A stretch of DNA of 9,598 nucleotides from an uncultured archaeon (GTDB lineage Archaea; Thermoproteota; Nitrososphaeria_A; Caldarchaeales; Calditenuaceae), in NCBI GenBank assembly GCA_938017985.1, contig CALIKS010000034.1, positions 1-9,598 of the forward strand. The letters run 5' to 3'. The notes beneath the pieces are model-generated. The model saw nothing but the letters and a program-made list of their open reading frames with translations, did no database searches and had not been told where the DNA came from. This document shows, in pieces, positions 1 to 7,411 of this stretch (the first letter of the stretch is position 1; each line of letters begins with the position of its first letter). The position numbers were made by a program, and so were the translations under genes.

Positions 1-408
1 AGCCACCAATTTCTGAAGCTCCGCCAAACTCGGTATCCTATCGATACGGCTCCGGCCAGCATTCCGTGGAATCTTAATCTTCTTCGGATTAATCTCAACT
101 TCATAGAATGATAGGAAACTCCGAACCAGATAGAGCTTGAAGCGAATACTCTTCTTACTCTCCCCCCGCTCTATGCAAATATTCACAAACTTTTGTAACG
201 CCAGAGTTAAGCGCTTAGCATCGGCCTTCAGGATCTCCGAATACGAGTCAATCCCCAATTCATCACGCAGAAAATCCAAGACCCTAAGAAGCGTATAGTG
301 CTGCCTAGCCTTCACGAGCTGAGGATTAAGGTTAAAATACTCTTTAAGACAATCTTCAAGCGAAGAGATGTCGATCCTTCCGCCACGCCTAGGAATCATA
401 CCAAACAT
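1..408 (-). CDS. Tyrosine recombinase/integrase, N-terminal core-binding part (partial; continues beyond the left edge)
   Basis: My own translation of the minus strand from ATG 408..406 (second in-frame ATG at 399..397) to position 1 gives 136 codons with no stop: MFGMIPRRGGRIDISSLEDCLKEYFNLNPQLVKARQHYTLLRVLDFLRDELGIDSYSEILKADAKRLTLALQKFVNICIERGESKKSIRFKLYLVRSFLSFYEVEINPKKIKIPRNAGRSRIDRIPSLAELQKLVA. The layout (SIRFKLYLVRSFLSFYEV, then KIPR, then a basic stretch, then IPSLAELQKL) resembles the SAM-like N-terminal domain and linker of XerA/XerC/XerD-type tyrosine recombinases. The catalytic domain would lie outside the window, so the family call rests on recognition only. Confidence 0.55.
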   Translation of the reverse strand, partial: MFGMIPRRGGRIDISSLEDCLKEYFNLNPQLVKARQHYTLLRVLDFLRDELGIDSYSEILKADAKRLTLALQKFVNICIERGESKKSIRFKLYLVRSFLSFYEVEINPKKIKIPRNAGRSRIDRIPSLAELQKLVA

Positions 409-420
409 ATGCCCAACGAA

Positions 421-432
421 ATATTTAAATAT
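421..432. promoter_or_regulatory. Perfectly palindromic TATA-like box ATATTTAAATAT in the 43-nt gap between the recombinase gene and tRNA-Lys
   Basis: The 12-mer equals its own reverse complement. Its centre (426.5) is 25.5 nt from the tRNA 5' end (452) and 27.5 nt from the second in-frame ATG of the recombinase (399). This is typical archaeal TATA-to-TSS spacing in both directions. Confidence 0.45.
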
Positions 433-451
433 ACTGTTTAGCTACGAGAAT

Positions 452-526
452 GGGCCCGTAGCTCAGTCAGGACAGAGCACCGGGCTTTTAACCCGGGGGT
501 CGCGGGTTCAAATCCCGCCGGGCCCG
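452..526 (+). tRNA. tRNA-Lys, anticodon UUU, 75 nt, no intron, CCA not encoded
   Basis: Hand-folded cloverleaf. Acceptor GGGCCCG/CGGGCCC; D stem GCTC/GAGC; anticodon stem CCGGG/CCCGG; loop CTTTTAA (anticodon TTT at 487-489); variable loop GGGTC; T arm GCGGG-TTCAAAT-CCCGC; discriminator G526. Confidence 0.93.
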
Positions 527-533
527 TAACACG

Positions 534-541
534 TTATTTTT
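534..541 (+). terminator. T-run (TTATTTTT) downstream of tRNA-Lys
   Basis: An oligo-T tract lies 8-15 nt after the tRNA 3' end. Archaeal RNA polymerase terminates at oligo-T. Confidence 0.4.
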
Positions 542-960
542 GCATAATAAATGGATGCGAAAAAGATTGGGGGGAAGGAGTTGGCTGGAGGTTTCAGTAG
601 TCCTTGTCTGATTAGTATTTTCTAGTCTTTACCTATCTTTAAGAAAGTATAGAACGTAAGCCGATTGTAGGCCGGAACCTGTAGATAATATTGTTACGGT
701 TGAGGAAGGGGATACCTGTCTGATACTTACATTGCTTTTTGAGAATTTATTACTGTTAATCTATGGACAGAGTTCCGCGGAAGATGATGCCCTAAATATG
801 CGGAATTTTTACTAGGATTTTCATTAGTGTAGCTTATTTCTCCCGATTGCTTCTCATTCCTCATTAATAATCCTCGGTGGCGTGCATTTTTAGCGGTAAA
901 GACGTTATCGCATATTTTTCATAAGATTAGATTTGTTTAGATAAAAATTTTTACATAATC

Positions 961-1031
961 TATATAGTATATATATAAATATACATATAAATTATCGAAG
1001 ATATATATTATCGTATTTTTAAGAACTTTTC
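961..1031 (+). promoter_or_regulatory. (TA)-rich promoter region of the pst operon with ATTATCG direct repeats
   Basis: About 60 bp of nearly pure alternating A/T (tatatagtatatatataaatatacatataaattatcgaagatatatattatcg). Several TATA-like octamers are present; ATATATAT (1001-1008) is centred 27.5 nt before the pstS ATG at 1032, consistent with a leaderless or near-leaderless transcript. ATTATCG occurs at 991-997 and 1007-1013. Confidence 0.4.
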
Positions 1032-2117
1032 ATGATGATAAGGTGTAAAAAAATGGGATTTACGAGAATCTTTTCGATAATTTTAAGCGTCCTAATGCTA
1101 GTTGTGGGAGGAATTGCAGGATACGTTGTGTCATTATCGACCGTTACAAATCAAGGTGGCTATACGGTAACAATTACACAGACAGTCATGGCTGGAACGA
1201 CGCTGGCGCAGCTCAGTGGAAGCATAGAAATAGATGGCTCAAGCACTGTTTATCCAATCACTGAAGCTGCTGCGGAAGATTTTATGAAGTTACATCCGGC
1301 CGTAAAAGTATCAGTAGGAATTTCAGGAACTGGCGGTGGGTTTAAGAGGTTTGTCATAGGTGAGACAGACATTAATGATGCTTCTAGACCAATATTGAAG
1401 TCTGAGGCAGAACTAGCCACAAATAATGGAATAGGCTGGATTGAGGTACCTATCGGTATAGATGGATTAGCCGTCGTCGTGAATCCTGAAAATGATTTTG
1501 TTGATTGTCTCACAATATCTGAGTTGCGAGAAATTTGGAAGCCGGACAGTACGATTAAGTATTGGAGCGATTTAAGACCGGAATGGCCAAAAAAAGAGAT
1601 TAGGCTTTATGGGCCTGGGCCAGACTCTGGTACCTTTGATTTCTTCACAGAAAGAGTGGTAGGGAAGGCCAAATCTAGCAGGACTGATTACGTAGCGTCT
1701 GAAGACGATAATGTACTAGTCGCTGGTGTGGAGGGAGAGAAATACTCCCTTGGATATTTTGGATACGCATACTATATTAACCATAAAGAAAGACTGAAAA
1801 TTGTAAAGATTAAGGATGACGCAGTTCCAGGCTCTCAATGTATTGGTCCAATAGATGAAACCATAACTACATTTGAGTATCCATTAGCAAGACCATTATT
1901 CATCTACGTTAATAAAATGAAATTCACGAACAAGCCCGAGCTTAGGGAGTTCGTTTACTACTACCTTGAAAATGGAGCGAAATTTGTCAGAATTGCCGGA
2001 TATACGCCTCTCCCAGACAACTATTATAAATTAGCGGCTGCAGCTTTAAGAAGCGGAATAACTACTGGCCTATATGAATTAACACTCATTAAAGGGAAAG
2101 ACCTAGGCCCTCATTGA
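1032..2117 (+). CDS. pstS: Phosphate ABC transporter substrate-binding protein PstS (membrane-anchored)
   Basis: The 361-aa ORF contains GSSTVYPITEAAAEDFMKLHPAVKVSVGISGTGGGFKRF....DINDASRPILKSE, characteristic of the PstS family. It has an N-terminal hydrophobic anchor (IFSIILSVLMLVVGGIAGYVV) followed by a Thr-rich linker, as in archaeal binding proteins. It is first in the pstSCAB-phoU gene order. An alternative start is the ATG at 1053 (MGFTR...). Confidence 0.9.
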   Translation: MMIRCKKMGFTRIFSIILSVLMLVVGGIAGYVVSLSTVTNQGGYTVTITQTVMAGTTLAQLSGSIEIDGSSTVYPITEAAAEDFMKLHPAVKVSVGISGTGGGFKRFVIGETDINDASRPILKSEAELATNNGIGWIEVPIGIDGLAVVVNPENDFVDCLTISELREIWKPDSTIKYWSDLRPEWPKKEIRLYGPGPDSGTFDFFTERVVGKAKSSRTDYVASEDDNVLVAGVEGEKYSLGYFGYAYYINHKERLKIVKIKDDAVPGSQCIGPIDETITTFEYPLARPLFIYVNKMKFTNKPELREFVYYYLENGAKFVRIAGYTPLPDNYYKLAAAALRSGITTGLYELTLIKGKDLGPH

Positions 2118-2127
2118 TGATGTAGGA

Positions 2128-3048
2128 ATGAGTATAGTTGTCCAAGGCTTAGGCTCAAAAAACCTTAGGAAAAGAAGGCTCATATCAACACTAATTCAGA
2201 ACATTACCTTTTTGGCCGCTTTAACTTCGACTATCGCGGTCATAATAATTCTTCTTACGTTACTAAATGAGTCACTAGCATTCTTTACTGAAGTCAGCAT
2301 ACTTGAATATTTTACGGGAACACATTGGACAGTACTTTTTTTGGAGAAAAAATTTGGAATACTGCCACTTTTAAATGCTACTTTATTGAGCTCGCTTATC
2401 GCTTTAGGAGTTGCAGTACCAATTGGGCTGGCAATAGCCATCTATCTAGGAGAATATGCAAGCAATAAAGTAAAGAATACTTTAAAACCAATAGTGGAGC
2501 TTCTGGCAGGTATACCGACCGTTGTCTATGGTTACTTCGCGCTATACTTTGTCACGCCTCAACTGTTACGTATATTCTTACCAAATATTCAGTTAAACAA
2601 TATACTTGCAGCCGGATTAATGATAGGTTTTCTAATAATCCCAATCGTCGGATCGATAAGCGAGGATGCTATCAGGTCTGTACCATTAGATTTGAGGCTT
2701 GCCGCGTATTCGGTGGGTGCAAGAAAATTCGAAGTGGTTATTAAGATCGTAGTTCCTGCAGCATTATCTGGAATTTTTGCTTCAATTATTCTTGCATTTG
2801 GGAGAGCCATGGGCGAGACCATGATTGTCGCTATAGTCGCTGGGTTCAGGCCAATACTCTCATTTAACGTTTTAGAATCGATGGAGACAATGACAGGATT
2901 TATTGCGCAAGTAGCTACTGGTGATGCTCCCCATGGTACGATTGAGTATAACTCATTATTTGCCGTGGGGCTAACTCTCTTACTGATTACTTATCCTCTC
3001 AATCTTCTTGCATTACGGGTGCTTAAGAAATGGACCATCAGATACTAA
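2128..3048 (+). CDS. pstC: Phosphate ABC transporter permease PstC
   Basis: The 306-aa polytopic membrane protein carries an ABC permease EAA-type loop (SVGARKFEVVIKIVVPAALSGIFASIILAFGRAMGETM). It starts 10 nt after pstS. Confidence 0.9.
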   Translation: MSIVVQGLGSKNLRKRRLISTLIQNITFLAALTSTIAVIIILLTLLNESLAFFTEVSILEYFTGTHWTVLFLEKKFGILPLLNATLLSSLIALGVAVPIGLAIAIYLGEYASNKVKNTLKPIVELLAGIPTVVYGYFALYFVTPQLLRIFLPNIQLNNILAAGLMIGFLIIPIVGSISEDAIRSVPLDLRLAAYSVGARKFEVVIKIVVPAALSGIFASIILAFGRAMGETMIVAIVAGFRPILSFNVLESMETMTGFIAQVATGDAPHGTIEYNSLFAVGLTLLLITYPLNLLALRVLKKWTIRY

Positions 3049-3899
3049 TTCGCAGAGATAGAAAAAAAGTAATACTTGACAAATATTTACCCGTAATCTA
3101 CTCCATCGGTCTGCTAATTTCTATATTATTCATTTCGCTTTTGCTGCTTTATGTCATTTTTACTGGGAGTCATAGACTGAGCTGGGAGCTGATAACTAAC
3201 TTTCCGTCAGCGAATCCAAGAGAAGCCGGAATGCTTCCAGCAATCTATGGCTCTCTCTGGACTGTCGGTCTCTCAGCATTGATAACATTTCCATTAGGAA
3301 TTGCCACAGCAATATATTTAAACGAATACACAGGAGAGAAGAGGCTTAGAAGTTTTCTTCAGATAAATCTGAACAGCCTAGCAGGCGTCCCGTCAGTCAT
3401 ATTCGGATTGGTTGGTCTCAGCTTCTTATCCTATACTTTGGGTCTTGGGAGGAGCATTATCGTTGGAGCGATAGTTTTAGCATTCCTTACTCTTCCACTT
3501 GTCACCGTCTCGTCACTCGAGGCGCTAAAGGCTGTTCCAGATGATTTAAGATTTGGTGGCTATGCTTTAGGAGCGACAAGATGGGAAGTAATCAAGTCAA
3601 TTGTACTTCCAAGAGCATTACCTATGATGCTTACAGGCAGCATACTAGCTATAGGGAGAGCTATGGGTGAGGCAGCGCCTATACTCGTCATTAGCGGGCT
3701 TCTCTTTATAAGGGAGTTGCCCACATCACCAATTGATAGATTTACGGTCATGCCACTTCAGCTATATAATTGGATAAGTCGGCCACAGGTCGAGTTTAGA
3801 GAATTAGCATCAGCGGGCATTATAGTCTTGCTGCTGCTCCTACTTTCTCTAAACGCAGTGGCTATATACTTAAGATATAGATTATCGAAGAGGAGATAG
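3030..3899 (+). CDS. pstA: Phosphate ABC transporter permease PstA
   Basis: The 289-aa membrane protein has the motif [39 protein letters not shown]. Its start overlaps the pstC 3' end by 19 nt, suggesting translational coupling. Confidence 0.9.
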   Translation: MDHQILIRRDRKKVILDKYLPVIYSIGLLISILFISLLLLYVIFTGSHRLSWELITNFPSANPREAGMLPAIYGSLWTVGLSALITFPLGIATAIYLNEYTGEKRLRSFLQINLNSLAGVPSVIFGLVGLSFLSYTLGLGRSIIVGAIVLAFLTLPLVTVSSLEALKAVPDDLRFGGYALGATRWEVIKSIVLPRALPMMLTGSILAIGRAMGEAAPILVISGLLFIRELPTSPIDRFTVMPLQLYNWISRPQVEFRELASAGIIVLLLLLLSLNAVAIYLRYRLSKRR

Positions 3900-3901
3900 G
3901 A

Positions 3902-4738
3902 ATGTCGGGTATCGAGCTATTGGAACGAGAGGTTAAGACAACTCAAATGCATGGCGGAGTAAGTGATGAGGTACACATAAAAGTAGAGGACCTATCCGTC
4001 TATTACCGTGACAGATTAGCCATAAGTAATATAAACATTGAGTTTCTAAAGAATAGAATAACCGCCATCATTGGTCCCTCAGGTTGTGGCAAATCTACAC
4101 TTCTTAGAAGCATTAATCGTATGAATGATCTAATACCTGATGCAAGAGTGGTGGGTAAAATATTCCTAGATGGTATTAATATTTACGACAGATCAGTAGA
4201 CCCTGTAGCTGTTAGAGCAGTTGTCGGCATGGTTTTCCAGAGACCGAACCCATTCCCTATGAGTATTTATGATAACGTAGCCTTCGGGGTGAGAATAAAC
4301 AGACTTGCCAATACAGATGAAGAGCTCGATAAAGCTGTCAAGGATGCATTAATGAAGGCAGCCCTCTGGGACGAGGTTAAAGACAGACTTGACGCTCATG
4401 CTTATGAATTATCCGGTGGACAGCAACAAAGGCTCTGCATTGCAAGAGCATTAGCCATTAAACCTAGGGTACTCCTTCTGGACGAGCCGACAGTATCACT
4501 TGACCCCGTTTCCACCGCAAAAATCGAGGGACTACTCTACAAACTTAAGTCTGAACTCACGATTATTTTAGTGACTCATAACATGCTTCAGGCAGCTAGA
4601 GTGTCTGACTATACGGCTGTAATGATGCCTAACGAGGAATTAGTCGGCAGTCTTATCGAGTATGGGCCCACTAAAGAAATCTTCACGAACCCTAAAGATA
4701 AAAGAACTGAAGCATACATTAGTGGTAGGGTAGGGTGA
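3902..4738 (+). CDS. pstB: Phosphate import ATP-binding protein PstB
   Basis: Motifs present: Walker [11 protein letters not shown]-loop [11 protein letters not shown] signature LSGGQQQR, Walker B LLLDEP and H-loop VTHNM. The C-terminal [10 protein letters not shown] is typical of PstB. An AGGAG motif (3891-3895) lies 6 nt upstream of the ATG. Confidence 0.95.
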   Translation: MSGIELLEREVKTTQMHGGVSDEVHIKVEDLSVYYRDRLAISNINIEFLKNRITAIIGPSGCGKSTLLRSINRMNDLIPDARVVGKIFLDGINIYDRSVDPVAVRAVVGMVFQRPNPFPMSIYDNVAFGVRINRLANTDEELDKAVKDALMKAALWDEVKDRLDAHAYELSGGQQQRLCIARALAIKPRVLLLDEPTVSLDPVSTAKIEGLLYKLKSELTIILVTHNMLQAARVSDYTAVMMPNEELVGSLIEYGPTKEIFTNPKDKRTEAYISGRVG

Positions 4739-4742
4739 ATAT

Positions 4743-5369
4743 ATGAGATTAATGGACATTGGGCTTGAAAAACTCACTGACACATTGATTCAGATGTCTA
4801 ACATTAGTGTTAAAGCCATTGAACTAGCAGCAGAGGCTTTCATAAAAGGTATTGACGTATCCAAAAAAGTATACGAACTTACACTTCAATTAAAAGAGCT
4901 ACATGAAATTGTCACCGACATTGCTACAGAGCTAATAGCTAGGTATCAACCAGTTGCATTTGATCTCAGATACATAAAGTCATGCTACGAAATAAGCTAT
5001 GGATTCTATAGGTTTGGACGATACGCATATGATATAGCCGACATCATTAGAGAGTTCGGCAACATTTCATACTGCGAGATGTCTGAAGTACAATACACAA
5101 TAGAGCTGGTCAAAGAACTAGTACATGAAAGTATAGAATCTTTTAAGCAGAAGGATTCTGAAAAAGCCAAAAGAGTAATCGACCTTGATGACAAAGTAGA
5201 TCTTCAATATAGAAACTATCTAAGAAAAGCAATTAAGAATGCAACTACTGATAAAATATGTGACTTAGCTGTACTCTTATTGATGAGGTATTTAGAAAGA
5301 ATAGGGGATCATGCAACCTACATTGCTGAGACAGTCCTATACATTGCTGGAAAACCCTCAAGTGAATAA
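4743..5369 (+). CDS. phoU: PhoU-family phosphate uptake regulator
   Basis: The 208-aa all-helical protein has two PhoU repeats. The second carries ERIGDHATYIAE; the first carries the degenerate RFGRYAYDIAD. A GGTGA motif overlaps the pstB stop codon 4 nt upstream of the ATG. The gene sits directly after pstB. Confidence 0.85.
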   Translation: MRLMDIGLEKLTDTLIQMSNISVKAIELAAEAFIKGIDVSKKVYELTLQLKELHEIVTDIATELIARYQPVAFDLRYIKSCYEISYGFYRFGRYAYDIADIIREFGNISYCEMSEVQYTIELVKELVHESIESFKQKDSEKAKRVIDLDDKVDLQYRNYLRKAIKNATTDKICDLAVLLLMRYLERIGDHATYIAETVLYIAGKPSSE

Positions 5370-5402
5370 TGCCTGATCTTGAATCACGAATTTCTCATAG
5401 AG

Positions 5403-5774
5403 TCATTTTAGCTCTCTAAGTAATATTCTTAGCATTTCAGCTGCCTCGAGCACCCTACCAGTAACTTTCACTCTTCCTGAAAAATAATACGTGAATGGAT
5501 CAGCTTCTCTATCAATCAATTTCTTAAGGTCCGCTTTTTTCGCAGTTACAATTACTGTTGGGTCTAATAATTCGCCCTCGGCAACGTCAATTACTCCTTT
5601 GTCTATCTTTACGTAAAATGGTTTATCATCATAAATACGAAATTGGACCGAGGCCTCGACTCCAAATAATTTCTCTCTAATGTTTGGATTTTTTATATAT
5701 TTTTCAATCATTTTTTTAAAGTATATGTAGAGTGGCTCGTTGCTCGGCTCCTCTTCTGTCCTCATAGCCCTCAA
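5403..5774 (-). CDS. SCP2 (sterol-carrier-protein-2-like) domain protein
   Basis: The C-terminal pattern ADLKKLIDREADPFTYYFSGRVKVTGRVLEAAEMLRILL matches the SCP2 fold signature (a helix, then G-k-l-k-v-x-G, then a closing helix). The track start at 5774 is a TTG. The first ATG is at 5765 (MRTEEEP...) and is at least as likely to be the true start. Confidence 0.7.
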   Translation of the reverse strand: MRAMRTEEEPSNEPLYIYFKKMIEKYIKNPNIREKLFGVEASVQFRIYDDKPFYVKIDKGVIDVAEGELLDPTVIVTAKKADLKKLIDREADPFTYYFSGRVKVTGRVLEAAEMLRILLRELK

Positions 5775-5804
5775 TATTTTATTTATTTTGCTAAATATCT
5801 TAAT

Positions 5805-6443
5805 CTATGTTACTCCAAAAAGCTTATTACGGTTCTTTTTAATTAGCTCCTCAGCAACTTTAAGGTCTTCAATAGTGTTAATGTTTACTGCTAGTCGCGG
5901 CTCATTTTTTATCAAGACGTACGGGGATGGTAATTTTCTCGCTTTTAGTCTCCTCGTATCTATTAGTCTTATTCCCGCTGGGCATAATTCCTTGTCATTA
6001 ATCTTAAAATTAGAGGATGCTGACAATCCCAGTTTTTTCACTGTTTCTATTGGCACTGCTACGAATACGTATGAACTTCTAATATGTCCATAATCATGCA
6101 TCTTGACCAATTCATCAATATCTCTGGATGTTATGAAAGGTATATCTGCAGAACAAACCACATATAAATTGCTGGATAGACTCCAAAGTATTGATAATAA
6201 ATCAGCATAATATCCCTCACCTTTTCCTAAAATGACATTACACTTACGCGAAGAAAGATATTGAGTAGTTTTAGGCGTATTCGGACTTGTTATGCAGATT
6301 ATCTCCTCAATCGACCTGGCATTATAAGCAGCGTCTAATACATAGTCAATCAGCCTTTTGCCGCCTAGAAGTCTTAATGGTTTCTCCTCTCCTTGGCCAA
6401 GGCGTTTTCCCAGCCCACCAGCCATTATTATCATTCGGGACAA
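5805..6443 (-). CDS. MobA/CobY-like NTP transferase (nucleotidyltransferase) domain protein
   Basis: The N-terminal IIMAGGLGKRLGQGEEKPLRLLGGKRLIDYVLDAA is the G-rich nucleotide-binding signature of the GT-A nucleotidyltransferase fold. Size and layout resemble archaeal CobY (adenosylcobinamide-phosphate guanylyltransferase) and MobA-like proteins. The track start at 6443 is a TTG; the ATG at 6434 (MIIMAGG...) is a likely true start. Confidence 0.65.
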   Translation of the reverse strand: MSRMIIMAGGLGKRLGQGEEKPLRLLGGKRLIDYVLDAAYNARSIEEIICITSPNTPKTTQYLSSRKCNVILGKGEGYYADLLSILWSLSSNLYVVCSADIPFITSRDIDELVKMHDYGHIRSSYVFVAVPIETVKKLGLSASSNFKINDKELCPAGIRLIDTRRLKARKLPSPYVLIKNEPRLAVNINTIEDLKVAEELIKKNRNKLFGVT

Positions 6444-6477
6444 GGCCTCAAATATTCATCATATTGTCGCTCATCTT

Positions 6478-6485
6478 ATTTAAAT
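6478..6485. promoter_or_regulatory. Palindromic TATA-like box ATTTAAAT in the divergent gap between the NTP-transferase gene and the AbrB-like gene
   Basis: This is the only strong TATA-like element in the 69-nt divergent gap. It lies 31.5 nt from the ATG at 6513, which fits less well than the other two palindromic boxes. Confidence 0.3.
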
Positions 6486-6512
6486 GGTGCCCTTAACTAA
6501 TAATCCATTAGA

Positions 6513-6770
6513 ATGATGGAGCAATCAGTCAGCGAAGTCAAGATAGGTAGGCTATTGAGAAAATATTGGAGGATACGTGTTCCTAGAAAGTTCAGGCAGG
6601 GAGCAACAGAGACATTAATAGAGCTTGAAGGCGAGAGATGGCTAGTAGAATTAGATAAGCATGGCCGAGTATACATCCCTACCAAACTGAGACCAAGTCT
6701 AGACAAGGCAAAAACAATAATTATTAGACGTGAAGGAAACACGATAATACTGAAACCGAGGCCCTACTAA
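6513..6770 (+). CDS. AbrB/MazE/SpoVT-type DNA-binding protein, apparently two tandem swapped-hairpin repeats
   Basis: The 85-aa protein has two copies of the AbrB-like pattern. Repeat 1 is RKYWRIRVPRKFRQGATETLIELEGERWLVEL. Repeat 2 is KHGRVYIPTKLRPSLDKAKTIIIRREGNTIILKP. Each reads as a basic hairpin ending in (I/V)P, a short K/R helix, then two beta strands. An oligo-T (GCTTTTT, 6775-6781) follows the stop. I prefer it to the antisense ORF 6497..6742, which has no recognisable motif. Confidence 0.6.
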   Translation: MMEQSVSEVKIGRLLRKYWRIRVPRKFRQGATETLIELEGERWLVELDKHGRVYIPTKLRPSLDKAKTIIIRREGNTIILKPRPY

Positions 6771-6794
6771 GCTAAGCTTTTTAAAATCATCATT

Positions 6795-7028
6795 CTATTT
6801 TAATTTACCTTTTACGAATAGTGTTAAGACAATGATATTCCAAATAACTGTAAAGACGGTCCAAAGGGTGATGATGATTATTGAACGTCCGCTAAAATGC
6901 CATATCAAAAATAATCCAACAATAGGAGGAATCGTTATGATAAGAGCTAGCACAGTCGCCTTAACCAATATTTCATACAATCCGTAGCTCAAGCTCGACC
7001 TAATCTTAATAGCAATAAATCCTCTCAT
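6795..7028 (-). CDS. Small 2-TM membrane protein (ORFan)
   Basis: The 77-aa protein has two clear hydrophobic helices (ATVLALIITIPPIVGLFLIW and SIIIITLWTVFTVIWNIIVLTLFV) and a basic C-terminus. Its ATG at 7028 overlaps the upstream coiled-coil ORF by 23 nt, consistent with co-transcription. Confidence 0.45.
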   Translation of the reverse strand: MRGFIAIKIRSSLSYGLYEILVKATVLALIITIPPIVGLFLIWHFSGRSIIIITLWTVFTVIWNIIVLTLFVKGKLK

Positions 7029-7347
7029 ATCTTAACTGTTTTTTAATAAATTCTAACTTTTTTATGTTTTTTTGATATTCTTGCCTTAGCCTAGCACGCT
7101 CATTCTTTAGTTTAGTTTTCATATTCTTATACTCCATTTTCAGATTCTTATACTCCGTTTTGTAGTATAATAGTCGTCTTTTGTTTTTCAGTTTAAGTTT
7201 TGAGAATTTTTCAAACTCAGCTTGAAGCAATGATTGATTCTGACGCTTAAGCGTATTGACGGCCTCGTTTAACTTCTTTAATTGCTCGTTACGGGTAAAA
7301 CTTTCATGCACACCCCTAATTCTAAGTCTATCAATCAGGCTCAGCAT
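7006..7347 (-). CDS. Highly basic coiled-coil protein (ORFan)
   Basis: The 113-aa protein is Lys/Arg/Glu/Leu-rich with heptad-like periodicity (KKLNEAVNTLKRQNQSLLQAEFEKFSKLKLKNKRRLL...). It contains the in-frame duplication EYKNLKM/EYKNMKT. I recognise no family. Confidence 0.5.
   Translation of the reverse strand: MLSLIDRLRIRGVHESFTRNEQLKKLNEAVNTLKRQNQSLLQAEFEKFSKLKLKNKRRLLYYKTEYKNLKMEYKNMKTKLKNERARLRQEYQKNIKKLEFIKKQLRYERIYCY
7123..7164. repeat. Two-copy 21-nt tandem repeat inside the coiled-coil ORF
   Basis: The two copies are attcttatactccattttcag (7123-7143) and attcttatactccgttttgta (7144-7164), 17/21 identical. The first 18 nt differ at one position. The repeat is in frame, giving a 7-aa duplication. 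Confidence 0.7.
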
Positions 7348-7411
7348 CTATGTCTATGTCCAATACACATAAACAAATACCTTTATCAACCATTTACGAT
7401 TAATTATCACC

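Noticed and set aside
781-790. C-box-like AGATGATGC suggesting a C/D box sRNA
   Set aside because: No CTGA D box, C'/D' boxes or terminal stem occurs at the required 50-70 nt spacing on either strand.
727-864. 45-codon minus-strand ORF (MRNEKQSGEISYTNENPSKNSAYLGHHLPRNSVHRLTVINSQKAM) and a 24-codon plus-strand ORF at about 551-625, both in the long gap upstream of pstS
   Set aside because: They are too short, hydrophilic and low-complexity, with no convincing TATA/SD context or motif. An ORF of this size is expected by chance in 500 bp. I kept them only as a possibility under the non-coding gap finding.
1250-1513. Antisense ORFs inside pst genes: 1250..1513, 2196..2441, 2589..2822, 3560..3751 and 5006..5194, all on the minus strand
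   Set aside because: Each lies wholly within a well-supported pst/phoU gene on the other strand. Their products are low-complexity Ser/Pro/Ile-rich sequences with no motifs, so they are typical shadow ORFs.
5740-6496. Plus-strand ORFs 5740..6093 and 6287..6496
   Set aside because: They are antisense to the NTP-transferase gene, which has a clear nucleotide-binding signature. Their products are Ser/Leu/Ile-rich with no recognisable features.
6497-6742. 81-aa minus-strand ORF competing with the AbrB-like ORF
   Set aside because: The plus-strand frame carries two recognisable AbrB-type motifs, begins right after a TATA-like box and ends at an oligo-T. The minus-strand product is Ser/Leu-rich with no motif.
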